Below are positions 9,239 through 17,348 of a stretch of 64,000 nucleotides of DNA, in pieces (positions within the stretch are counted from its first letter, which is position 1; each line of letters starts with the position of its first letter). Location of the stretch: positions 259 through 64,258 of the forward strand of contig SVJW01000008.1 in NCBI GenBank assembly GCA_015068735.1, written 5' to 3'. The position numbers and the translations under genes are program-made. The notes beneath the pieces are model-generated. The model saw nothing but the letters and a program-made list of their open reading frames with translations. It was not told the origin of the DNA and did no database searches. This DNA is from Oscillospiraceae bacterium. GTDB taxonomy: Bacteria; Bacillota; Clostridia; UMGS1883.

Positions 9239-10981
9239 ATGCTTAAGAGTTTGAAAGAAAATATACTGAAAAATCCCCCAATAATTGAGGACGGTATGGT
9301 TTTATCAAAAAATCCGCCTCACGCGATTACCATATCGCATCTTCAGGAGTGCCACAGCGGTACAGTTACGGCAGAATACTATTTTGCCGCAAGATATTTC
9401 GACCTGATTTCAGATGAGGAAGCTAAGCTTATGATTTCTGAACTCCGCAAACTTCAGGTAACAGATGAAAATGCGCCTAATTTCGGTTGTCTGCGTTGGT
9501 ACAGAGAAGAGGATTTTGTAAACGATACAAACGGTGCGTTCTTCATTCTTCTCCCCCTTGCTCTTGCATATAAATTGTTCCCCGAAAAAATGACGGAAGA
9601 AGAAAAGGAAGACATTCTCTTTCTCCTTAAAAACGGTGCTTATTGGTTCAGCAGCGAAACGAAGAAGTCACTTCATTACTGCAACAAAATTATGAGCGAC
9701 GGTGCTATGCTGGCACTTATTGCCAACATTACAGGAGAATGCAAAAAGGATTGTGACGAATTCTGGACAAAATGGCATGACTATGCCGATAATTACGGCT
9801 GGGGCTGGGGCGAAAATACAAGCGACTGTTATTCTGCAATTATGCTTAACGCACTTAATGTTGTTGTTCTTGCCTGCGAGGGAGAGCTTCGTGAAAAGGC
9901 TGAAAAAAGAAGAGAAATGCTTCTTGACTATATTTCTTTCCACGACGGCAGAGAGTTTGTACCGTCTATAAGAACTTATAATTACGAAGCTAAAGCAAGC
10001 TACGGCGGAAGCATATACAGAACGTTCCACACTTCCGACCATATCGGAGGATTCAGTGACAATGTAAAGTATATAGATGTACTTCACGCAGTACTTATTG
10101 AAAAATCAGGTGCTAAATGGATAGAAAAGGACAGAAACAGAAACACAAGAAACGAGCGTCTTTTTGGTAATTCCTATGCATACACTTGGGAAAGTGACAA
10201 ACTGCGTCTCGGAAGTGTTTCTCACTTTCCTGTTATGCCTTGTTCATATCAAAGCCAATCGTTTGCCCCTAACGGCAAACCCATAACTTACGGTCTCGGT
10301 TGGCAGTCAACGCCCGTAAGTGCGATGGTCGATGACAGGATTTTCTTCCTCCGCACAAGAACACAGGTTGGAGAAAATACACATTATCATCCATTATTGG
10401 GAAAAACACATTCAGGGCACGCGTTCAACAGGCTTTTTGAAGACGGGAATATTACGGTATTTTCCACAATTTCTGCGCAGACTGATAATATTGCAATTGT
10501 CACACGCTATGCAAACAAGCTTGCAAATACGGCATCAGCAATTTATGATGAATGGTGTGCACCAAACGGCAAGGTTTCGGAGGCGGAAATAAACGGCAGA
10601 AAGTGGTTTATTATAAAAGGCGATGAAAAGGCAATTGCCGTTTGTCCTTTGGTTGGTATATATGCAGGTAAAAACGACAGAGCACCGATGAAGACTACCG
10701 TTGGAGAAAGCGGAATTTTCACCACAGTAACCACTACTCTTTATGAGGGAGAAAACAAGCTCCTTTTTGCACCAAGAGTGGAAAGCAGTTGGGTAGTCGT
10801 TGCACTGGAAAACCCCGAAAAAGCCGAAGAGTATCTCGGAAAAATTGAAATTACAGATGAAGTTCTTCCCAATTTTGAAATCACGCTTCATTCACCATAC
10901 AAGAAAAGAAAAATTACTTGTATTTGTGAAGGTAAAACAACCGAACTGTTAATTGATCCTGTAAATCAGATTGATTATTAA
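9239..10981 (+). CDS. hypothetical 580-aa protein co-transcribed with GH105 (function unknown)
   Basis: A long clean ORF that starts 3 nt after the GH105 stop, with a GAGGT SD. The N-half is helix-like and Trp-rich, and the C-half is strand-rich. I recognise no family signature. Confidence 0.75.
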   Translation: MLKSLKENILKNPPIIEDGMVLSKNPPHAITISHLQECHSGTVTAEYYFAARYFDLISDEEAKLMISELRKLQVTDENAPNFGCLRWYREEDFVNDTNGAFFILLPLALAYKLFPEKMTEEEKEDILFLLKNGAYWFSSETKKSLHYCNKIMSDGAMLALIANITGECKKDCDEFWTKWHDYADNYGWGWGENTSDCYSAIMLNALNVVVLACEGELREKAEKRREMLLDYISFHDGREFVPSIRTYNYEAKASYGGSIYRTFHTSDHIGGFSDNVKYIDVLHAVLIEKSGAKWIEKDRNRNTRNERLFGNSYAYTWESDKLRLGSVSHFPVMPCSYQSQSFAPNGKPITYGLGWQSTPVSAMVDDRIFFLRTRTQVGENTHYHPLLGKTHSGHAFNRLFEDGNITVFSTISAQTDNIAIVTRYANKLANTASAIYDEWCAPNGKVSEAEINGRKWFIIKGDEKAIAVCPLVGIYAGKNDRAPMKTTVGESGIFTTVTTTLYEGENKLLFAPRVESSWVVVALENPEKAEEYLGKIEITDEVLPNFEITLHSPYKKRKITCICEGKTTELLIDPVNQIDY

Positions 10982-10987
10982 AAAAGG

Positions 10988-11016
10988 AAAGCTATTCGCA
11001 GTGCGAATAGCTTTTT
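10988..11016. terminator. intrinsic terminator (bidirectional)
   Basis: The stem pairs gctattcg with cgaatagc. An A-run lies before it and a T-run after it. Confidence 0.7.
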
Positions 11017-11017
11017 C

Positions 11018-11362
11018 TCATTTATGCGAGCAACAGGGTTTGAAAAAAGTTGCTATATCAACTTCACAAACACCGTCTTTTTCTGTGAATCCAAGTCTTT
11101 TAAGTTCGGGGAAAAGTGCTTCGTTTTTACAGTAGCCTCTTTTTACACCGTTAAGGTCAAGGTGGTTAAGTGTTGCACGGACTAAAAGTTCAAATACATT
11201 GTCTTTATCAGCAATTTCAAAGATTTCTCCGTTTTTTGAAAAAATACAATGCCCGGGGCTTTTTTCATTTTCCTGCGCCCAAGCCATTCTGATATCCTGT
11301 TCTTCAAGATCGGAAACCGATTTTATTATTCTTTCATCATCTATTATAGTTACACGAATCAT
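11018..11362 (-). CDS. hypothetical 114-aa protein ending in ...KPCCSHK
   Basis: A clean ORF with a GAAGGAG SD 8 nt upstream. I recognise no family. Confidence 0.6.
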   Translation of the reverse strand: MIRVTIIDDERIIKSVSDLEEQDIRMAWAQENEKSPGHCIFSKNGEIFEIADKDNVFELLVRATLNHLDLNGVKRGYCKNEALFPELKRLGFTEKDGVCEVDIATFFKPCCSHK

Positions 11363-11394
11363 ACTTCAATACTCCTTCTTTAAACTTTTGGGAT

Positions 11395-11540
11395 GGGAGA
11401 AAATAGTGCAGAACGGACAAACTGAACCACGGCTTGCCGTGGGTTACCCGAAGGCGTACATAGGTACGTCGAGAGGTGAAGTTTGTTCGTAGCATAAAGC
11501 AACAAATCCAATAAAATTCGTGCAACGAATTTTCACCTTA
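11395..11540. repeat. structured GC-enriched intergenic element, related to the 6996-7272 insert
   Basis: Stems are present at ccacgg/ccgtgg, cgtac/gtacg and aaaattcgt/acgaatttt. A longer-range pairing joins aggtgaa (11474-11480) with ttcacct (11532-11538). The motif ggcgtacataggtacgtcgagag resembles 7064-7085. Confidence 0.4.
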
Positions 11541-11616
11541 GATATAAATCAGTAAAAATATATCCTATTTTCCAATCAAATAATAACAATATGCTTTATG
11601 CGGTCTGTGCATTTTA

Positions 11617-12333
11617 TCACATACCTTTTTTACCTCTTAACTTGTTGATTTCTGCGTCAGATAATCTTCTCCACTTGCCCTCAGGGAGATTACCGAGAGT
11701 AAGCGAGCCTACGGAAATTCTCTTCAGGCTCATTACATTGGCACCGACTGCATCAAGCATTCTTCTTACCTGACGGTTTTTACCCTCGTGAATAGTGATT
11801 TTTACCTCAAAACCTTTTTGAGGGCGCTTGATATTTTCTGCCTTGGCAGGTGCAGTAAGGCTACCGTCAAGGTCAATTCCGTTTCTTAATCTGTCAAGCT
11901 GATTTTCATCAAGTGGCTTATCAATGCGGGCAATATAGGTTTTGTCCACTATATGCTTGGGATGAGTAAGGATATTTGCAAAATCCCCATCATTTGTCAT
12001 AATGAGAAGCCCGGTTGTATCGAAGTCGAGCCTTCCCACAGGATAAATACGTGCCTTGATATCGGAAACAAGCTGCATTACTGTCGGGCGACCCAAATCG
12101 TCTGAAACGGTGGTAACATAGTTTTTCGGCTTATTAAGCATAATGTAGTACTTCTTATTCTCCGGCTCAATTACTCTGCCGTCGATTTCAACCACATCAA
12201 CTTCCGGGTCTATAACACAACCCATATAGTCAACCAGTTCACCGTTAACGTACACTCTGCCGCTTTCTATTATTTTTTCTGCACTTCTTCTGGAAGCTAT
12301 GCCGCATTCGGCAATAAATTTCTGTAATCTCAT
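11617..12333 (-). CDS. rluB: 23S rRNA pseudouridine synthase (RluB/RsuA family, S4 domain plus catalytic domain)
   Basis: The N-terminal S4 motif is MRLQKFIAECGIASRR, the catalytic motif is VGRLDFDTTGLL, and the C-terminal part contains EGKNRQVRRM. ATG 12333 follows a TGGAG SD. Confidence 0.85.
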   Translation of the reverse strand: MRLQKFIAECGIASRRSAEKIIESGRVYVNGELVDYMGCVIDPEVDVVEIDGRVIEPENKKYYIMLNKPKNYVTTVSDDLGRPTVMQLVSDIKARIYPVGRLDFDTTGLLIMTNDGDFANILTHPKHIVDKTYIARIDKPLDENQLDRLRNGIDLDGSLTAPAKAENIKRPQKGFEVKITIHEGKNRQVRRMLDAVGANVMSLKRISVGSLTLGNLPEGKWRRLSDAEINKLRGKKGM

Positions 12334-12408
12334 AATAAACTCCAATTAAAATATTGCTCGATTATTTTATCATATATGTTGTAGTATTGTCAATTTTTAT
12401 CTTGCATG

Positions 12409-12437
12409 TTGACTAATTTTAAAAAGAGTTATATAAT
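12409..12437 (+). promoter_or_regulatory. sigma-A type promoter of the COG0523 pair
   Basis: TTGACT (12409-12414), a 17-nt spacer, then TATAAT (12432-12437). Confidence 0.55.
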
Positions 12438-12475
12438 AATATATTGGAAAATATCAGAATAGGAAGTGTATTGAA

Positions 12476-13612
12476 TTGACAAAAATAGATATCTTCTCCG
12501 GCTTTTTAGGTGCCGGAAAAACAACACTGATAAAGAAGCTTATAAACGAAGCTTACAAGGGCGAAAAGCTCGTTCTTATCGAAAATGAATTTGGCGAAAT
12601 CGGTATTGACGGTGGATTTATGCAGGATGCCGGAATTGAAGTAAACGAGATGAATTCCGGCTGTATCTGTTGCAGTCTTGTAGGCGATTTTGAAAAATCA
12701 CTTGAAAAAGTTCTTGATGAATTTAATCCCGACCGCATTCTTATTGAGCCTTCCGGAGTAGGAAAACTCAGCGATGTAATAAAGGCGGTAAAAGGTGTTA
12801 CTTCCGACAAGGTTATTCTTAATAGCTACTGTGTGGTTGCCGATGCAAAAAAATGCAAAATGTATATGAAAAACTTCGGTGAGTTTTACAACGATCAGAT
12901 TGAAAACGCATCTTGCATTATTTTAAGCCACACAGCTTCCCTTTCCGAGGACAAGTTACATGCCGCAGTAGAGCTTATCCGTGAGCACAACAAGGACGCA
13001 CAGATTGTCACTACAGACTGGGCTGAACTTGACGGTAGCGCAATTCTTGCAGTAATGGAGAATGTTGATACATTGAAAGCTGATATTGAGGAGCTTGAAC
13101 ACGAGCATCACCATCACCACCATGAACACGGTGAGGAGTGTACTTGTGGTTGTCATGATCACGAGCATCATCATGAGCATCATCATGAACACGGTGAACA
13201 CTGCGACTGTCACGAACATCATCACGAACATGACGAACATTGCACTTGCGGTTGTCACGACCACGAACATCATCACCACCACGAACACGGTGAAGAGTGT
13301 ACTTGCGGTTGCCACGACCACGAGCATCACCATCATCACGCTGATGAGGTATTCTCCAGCTGGGGAAAAGAAACTGTCCGCACTTATACAGAAGATGAAA
13401 TCAAAAATATTCTCAACGAATTTAACAGTGTATCTTACGGTGTAATTCTTCGCGCAAAAGGTATTGTTAAAGGCAGCGACGGCTGGATTCATTTTGACTA
13501 TGTTCCCGGTGAAGCAGATGTCCGTCTCGGTAGCAGCAGTACAATAGGAAGAATTTGTGTAATTGGCTCAAAAATTAACGAAGAAAAAATTGCAGAGCTT
13601 TTTAAAGCATAA
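12476..13612 (+). CDS. COG0523 (CobW/YjiA/ZigA-like) G3E GTPase metallochaperone with a His/Cys-rich insert
   Basis: TTG start. The Walker A is GFLGAGKTTLI and the CxCC motif is GCICCS. A 75-aa His/Cys stretch follows, with EHGEECTCGCHDHEHHH present twice plus variants. Confidence 0.85.
   Translation: MTKIDIFSGFLGAGKTTLIKKLINEAYKGEKLVLIENEFGEIGIDGGFMQDAGIEVNEMNSGCICCSLVGDFEKSLEKVLDEFNPDRILIEPSGVGKLSDVIKAVKGVTSDKVILNSYCVVADAKKCKMYMKNFGEFYNDQIENASCIILSHTASLSEDKLHAAVELIREHNKDAQIVTTDWAELDGSAILAVMENVDTLKADIEELEHEHHHHHHEHGEECTCGCHDHEHHHEHHHEHGEHCDCHEHHHEHDEHCTCGCHDHEHHHHHEHGEECTCGCHDHEHHHHHADEVFSSWGKETVRTYTEDEIKNILNEFNSVSYGVILRAKGIVKGSDGWIHFDYVPGEADVRLGSSSTIGRICVIGSKINEEKIAELFKA
13124..13340 (+). 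repeat. in-frame tandem cassette encoding repeated EHGE(E/H)C(T/D)C(GC)H(D)HEHHH units
   Basis: Units beginning gaacacggtga occur at 13124, 13187 and 13282. Units 1 and 3 encode the same 17 residues but differ at 6 synonymous positions. Confidence 0.85.
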
Positions 13613-13623
13613 GGAGAAACAAA

Positions 13624-14568
13624 ATGAGAGAAATTCCCGTATATTTATTTTTAGGATTTTTGGAATCCGGCAAAACAAAATTCATACAGGACACCCTCTG
13701 CGATGAGCGTTTCAATAACGGTGAAAAGACATTGCTTGTTGTTTGCGAGGAGGGTATTGAGGAATACGACCCCTCTCTTTTCTCCGGAAGCAATGTTACG
13801 GTTAAGGTAATTGATGATGAAGAAGAACTTACCTCAAAAACACTTTCTAAGTTTCAGAAAGAAACCAACTGTGAAAGAGTAATCATTGAATATAACGGTA
13901 TGTGGCAGGTTAATTCGCTTCTTTCCGATATGCCCAAAGGTTTTGTTCTTGTTCAATGTATGATGTTTGCCGATGCTACTACATTCATCAACTACAATCA
14001 GAATATGCGTAACCAGACGGTAGACAAATTGAGAGTATGTGAACTCGTAGTATTTAACCGAATGGATAAGGCTATTGACAAAATGGAGCTTCACAAAATA
14101 GTCCGTGGAGTAAGCCGCCGTGCCGATATTGCGTATGAATACCCCGACGGAACTGTAGAATATGATGATATTGAAGATCCGCTTCCTTTTGACATTGAAG
14201 CGCCTGTAATTAAAATTGAAGATACTGACTACGCCCTCTGGTACAGAGACCTGCTTGAAGAAACTGACAAATACAACGGAAAAACAGTTAAATTCAAAGG
14301 CATATGTGCATATGATAATAGGATGCCTAACGACACATTTGTTGCAGGAAGGCACATTATGACCTGCTGTATTGATGACGTTGAGTACAGTCCTATTGTT
14401 TGCATCTGCAAGAACAAGCATAACATTAAAAGCCGTGACTGGGTTATGGTAACGGGAACGATAAAAGTAGAATACTGTAAATTCTATCAGGGTAAAGGTC
14501 CTGTCATCCACATTGAAGAAACGGCAATTACTTCAGCTCCTGCACAAGAGCTGGCAACTTTCTATTAA
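13624..14568 (+). CDS. atypical G3E-like GTPase fused to a Cys-rich C-terminal domain
   Basis: 314 aa. It has the Walker A GFLESGKT but no CxCC motif. The C-terminal part contains MTCCIDDVEYSPIVCICK. It starts 11 nt after the COG0523 gene. Confidence 0.7.
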   Translation: MREIPVYLFLGFLESGKTKFIQDTLCDERFNNGEKTLLVVCEEGIEEYDPSLFSGSNVTVKVIDDEEELTSKTLSKFQKETNCERVIIEYNGMWQVNSLLSDMPKGFVLVQCMMFADATTFINYNQNMRNQTVDKLRVCELVVFNRMDKAIDKMELHKIVRGVSRRADIAYEYPDGTVEYDDIEDPLPFDIEAPVIKIEDTDYALWYRDLLEETDKYNGKTVKFKGICAYDNRMPNDTFVAGRHIMTCCIDDVEYSPIVCICKNKHNIKSRDWVMVTGTIKVEYCKFYQGKGPVIHIEETAITSAPAQELATFY

Positions 14569-14594
14569 ACAAAACTACACCTCGCGAATATAAT
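14566..14594 (+). promoter_or_regulatory. candidate promoter whose -10 box sits at the apex of the terminator hairpin
   Basis: TAAACA (14566-14571), a 17-nt spacer, then TATAAT (14589-14594). Confidence 0.35.
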
Positions 14595-14613
14595 ATTCGT
14601 GAGGTGATTTTTT
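14578..14613 (+). terminator. intrinsic terminator after the GTPase pair
   Basis: A 13-bp stem pairs 14578-14590 with 14594-14606 and includes one G-U pair. It has a 3-nt loop and is followed by ATTTTTT. Confidence 0.75.
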
Positions 14614-15264
14614 ATGAGTTGCAATATAGAATGGAACTGTCCTCCCGGCAGTTTCCCGTATACGGTAAGACCGGGAGACACACTCTATCAGCTTGCAAAA
14701 CGGTTTGAAACAAGTGTGGATAGGCTTCAGGAAATCAATTCTATTGAAGATGTAAATGTACTTAATATCGGTGATGTGCTGTGCATTCCCGAGCCGCTTC
14801 AATACTTCCCTACCTGCAAAACAAGTAATTACTATGTGGTTAATAAGGGTGATACCATTTTTTCAATAGCTGCATATTTTGGGGTGAGCACTGCACAGAT
14901 TATGTATTCCAATATAGGAATAGACGAAAATAATCTTTACGAGGGAATGATCCTGTGTATCCCCCTTGCACCGCCCAGATTGTGTGTGAGCATTAGCGAC
15001 AGCACTCTTACACTTCTTTATAACTCAGGCGATAAAGCAGCGTTTCCTTGTCGGAACACACTCAAGGATTTTACCTCTCAGGTGGTACAAAAGCAGATTG
15101 ATACATCTTTTGGTGGAAGAAAAAGGCTTAACCTACTTGTTCCTGACATAGCGATTTCAAGCCTTTCTGCACAAAGAAGCGATAATGATATTATCCTTTC
15201 GGACAATGATATGGATAAGGTGTTTAACCTTGTTCCCGTTGGAACGGGGGTGGAGATTAACTAA
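14614..15264 (+). CDS. LysM-domain protein with a degenerate (catalytically dead) YkuD-like C-terminal domain
   Basis: It has two LysM motifs, YTVRPGDTLYQLAKRF and YVVNKGDTIFSIAAYF. The C-terminus aligns by eye to the YkuD domain of the next gene but lacks the His and Cys. Confidence 0.75.
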   Translation: MSCNIEWNCPPGSFPYTVRPGDTLYQLAKRFETSVDRLQEINSIEDVNVLNIGDVLCIPEPLQYFPTCKTSNYYVVNKGDTIFSIAAYFGVSTAQIMYSNIGIDENNLYEGMILCIPLAPPRLCVSISDSTLTLLYNSGDKAAFPCRNTLKDFTSQVVQKQIDTSFGGRKRLNLLVPDIAISSLSAQRSDNDIILSDNDMDKVFNLVPVGTGVEIN

Positions 15265-16109
15265 TGGCTTGCGGTCAGTTTTATACGATACAGGAGGGGG
15301 ACACTCTCTTTAAAATCGCCAATCAGTTCGACACAACGGTAGAAAATATTCTCCGTTTTAACCCCGACCTTAACCCAGCAAATCTTCCCGTCGGCAGAAC
15401 AATCTGCGTGATTTCTGCTACCAATCAGCCCGTTACCTGCCCGTTAGGAACCCTCCCCTACAATGTTAATGCAGGAGATACAATACTTTCAATCGCTCTG
15501 CGTTTCGGTACAAGTGTAGAGGCTCTTCTCCGTGCAAATCCCGATATAGAGCCGTATAACCTTCAGGTGGGTCAAAGAATTTGCATTGCACAAAATTTTA
15601 GCGAACCGCCACTTTGTCCCACACGAAATTTCTATGTTGTAAGAAACGGCGATACATTAAGAAACATTGCAAGAACTTTCGGTGTAGGTCAGAACGATAT
15701 TATGAGGTTAAATCCCGACATGAATCCACGAAGGCTATCTCCGGGCGAAATTATATGCATTCCTCTTGCACCTTCGCCGTTTGAAATCATTATAAATATA
15801 ATGGCAAAAAGGTTGACTGTATATCGAGGTGGAAGCATTTTCCGAGAATATATTATTGCCACAGGAAAACCCGAAACTCCTACTCCTGTAGGAAATTTTG
15901 AAATTGTAAATAAAGAAATAGACCCCGGCGGGCCATATGGCACAAGATGGCTGGGGCTTTCGGCAAAGGGTTACGGTATCCACGGAACAAATAATCCCTC
16001 ATCAATCGGCACAGCCGCATCAAACGGATGCATCAGGATGTACAATGAAGATATTGAATCTTTGTTTGATATTACTGTTGTAGGCACACCCGTAAGAATT
16101 TTACCATAA
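15264..16109 (+). CDS. L,D-transpeptidase (YkuD domain) with three LysM domains
   Basis: It has three LysM motifs. The YkuD catalytic motifs are GIHGTN and SNGCIRM. Its start overlaps the previous stop in the sequence TAATG. Confidence 0.85.
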   Translation: MACGQFYTIQEGDTLFKIANQFDTTVENILRFNPDLNPANLPVGRTICVISATNQPVTCPLGTLPYNVNAGDTILSIALRFGTSVEALLRANPDIEPYNLQVGQRICIAQNFSEPPLCPTRNFYVVRNGDTLRNIARTFGVGQNDIMRLNPDMNPRRLSPGEIICIPLAPSPFEIIINIMAKRLTVYRGGSIFREYIIATGKPETPTPVGNFEIVNKEIDPGGPYGTRWLGLSAKGYGIHGTNNPSSIGTAASNGCIRMYNEDIESLFDITVVGTPVRILP

Positions 16110-16202
16110 AAAGAAGCGTGTCGCTTCACCCATGCTGCGTCCTGACCAAATTTAAAATCTACAAATGTTGCTCGCACTAAAACGCACAATTGCCTATATG
16201 GT

Positions 16203-16228
16203 AAAAAAGAGCCTATTGGCTCTTTTTT
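16203..16228. terminator. bidirectional intrinsic terminator
   Basis: The sequence is aaaaaagagcc, a tatt loop, then ggctctttttt. Confidence 0.8.
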
Positions 16229-17337
16229 ACGTTTATAATAACATATTCAGATGGGGCTGATGTTTTTATTGGATAATTCCACCCTGCAAATCCCGATGTT
16301 ACTATTGCTGAAGAATCCTTATCAATCTCCACAAGCCCGTAATTGGCATCGTTTATTTTAAAGATATTATCAATGACATTTACGGGCCATATCTGTCCTC
16401 CGTGGGTATGTCCCGAAAGAAGCAGGTCAGTTCCGTATTTTGCATTCTCTTTATACTCTTTAGGTTGGTGGTCAAGTGTAAGAATGAAACTGTTCCCGTC
16501 AACTTCTGCCAGAAGCTTTTTGACAGTCTTTCTTTTTTCTTTTCCTGAAATCTGTTCCGCTGAATAATCTTCCCTGCCTACAATTGCAAATTCATCGTTA
16601 AGCTCTGCCACATCATCACACAAGATTGTAATATCGTTCTTTTCTATTTCGTTTATTAATTCTTTTTCGGAATACCTGCGCTCCCGACTATAATGCTGTC
16701 TGTCATGATTTCCGTAAACATAATAAGTACCGAACTCACTTTCAATGGTAGATAATGCAGAAAAGACCTCCTGCATTTCTTTTTTAGTCGTGCTATCATC
16801 AACAATATCTCCGCACAGAATTACCATATCCACATTCTGACTGTTTATTTCCTCACACTTTTTTAAAAATTCATCCCCGGTAACAGATACTCCGTAATGA
16901 ACATCTGCAATAAGTGCTATTCTGTAACCTTCGGGACGAATATCTTTTTCTGTATAAACCGTGTATTCAGTCATTTGTATATTATGAAGATTTATATAAC
17001 CAAAAACCATAATCACCGTTGTGCAGATAAAAGGTATTAGGGAGAAGGCATATACTTTTTTCCATATCTTCAGTTCTTTTTTTATTACCAAGTTTAAAAG
17101 CTCTGTTACTGCCGCTATTAAAAGGAAGTGCAGGATTACTACCGCTGAAAAGCTGAACATATTCACGCTTGCAATTCCCAATATTATGGAAAAAGCACGC
17201 AGGATATATCTGTTTCTTTTTCTTTCGGTATCTATTTTAAGCTCGGCTGCTGCTCTTTTAATCAATTTATATATATACAGAGAAATTGCCGTCGCAACTA
17301 AAAGCAATGCCAACAACATTATAGCTAAAATTACCAT
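16213..17337 (-). CDS. membrane-anchored metallophosphoesterase (YkuE-like)
   Basis: TM segments at the N-terminus. Motifs are DVHYG, GDIVDD, GNHD and GHTHGGQ. Confidence 0.85.
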   Translation of the reverse strand: MVILAIMLLALLLVATAISLYIYKLIKRAAAELKIDTERKRNRYILRAFSIILGIASVNMFSFSAVVILHFLLIAAVTELLNLVIKKELKIWKKVYAFSLIPFICTTVIMVFGYINLHNIQMTEYTVYTEKDIRPEGYRIALIADVHYGVSVTGDEFLKKCEEINSQNVDMVILCGDIVDDSTTKKEMQEVFSALSTIESEFGTYYVYGNHDRQHYSRERRYSEKELINEIEKNDITILCDDVAELNDEFAIVGREDYSAEQISGKEKRKTVKKLLAEVDGNSFILTLDHQPKEYKENAKYGTDLLLSGHTHGGQIWPVNVIDNIFKINDANYGLVEIDKDSSAIVTSGFAGWNYPIKTSAPSEYVIINVKKSQ

Positions 17338-17348
17338 ATTCTCACCTT

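Noticed and set aside
12956-13492. 178-aa minus-strand and 119-aa plus-strand ORFs over the His-rich cassette; also the idea that the DNA repeats there might be a CRISPR-like array
   Set aside because: These are alternative frames of the CAT/CAC/GAA-rich repeat inside the COG0523 gene. The repeats are in-frame coding units without unique spacers, so this is not a CRISPR array.
16110-16202. Possible further copy of the intergenic repeat family (GC-richer spacer with a gaagcg/cgcttc stem)
   Set aside because: Only very short similarities (8-9 nt) to the other copies could be found by eye, which is not enough to claim homology.
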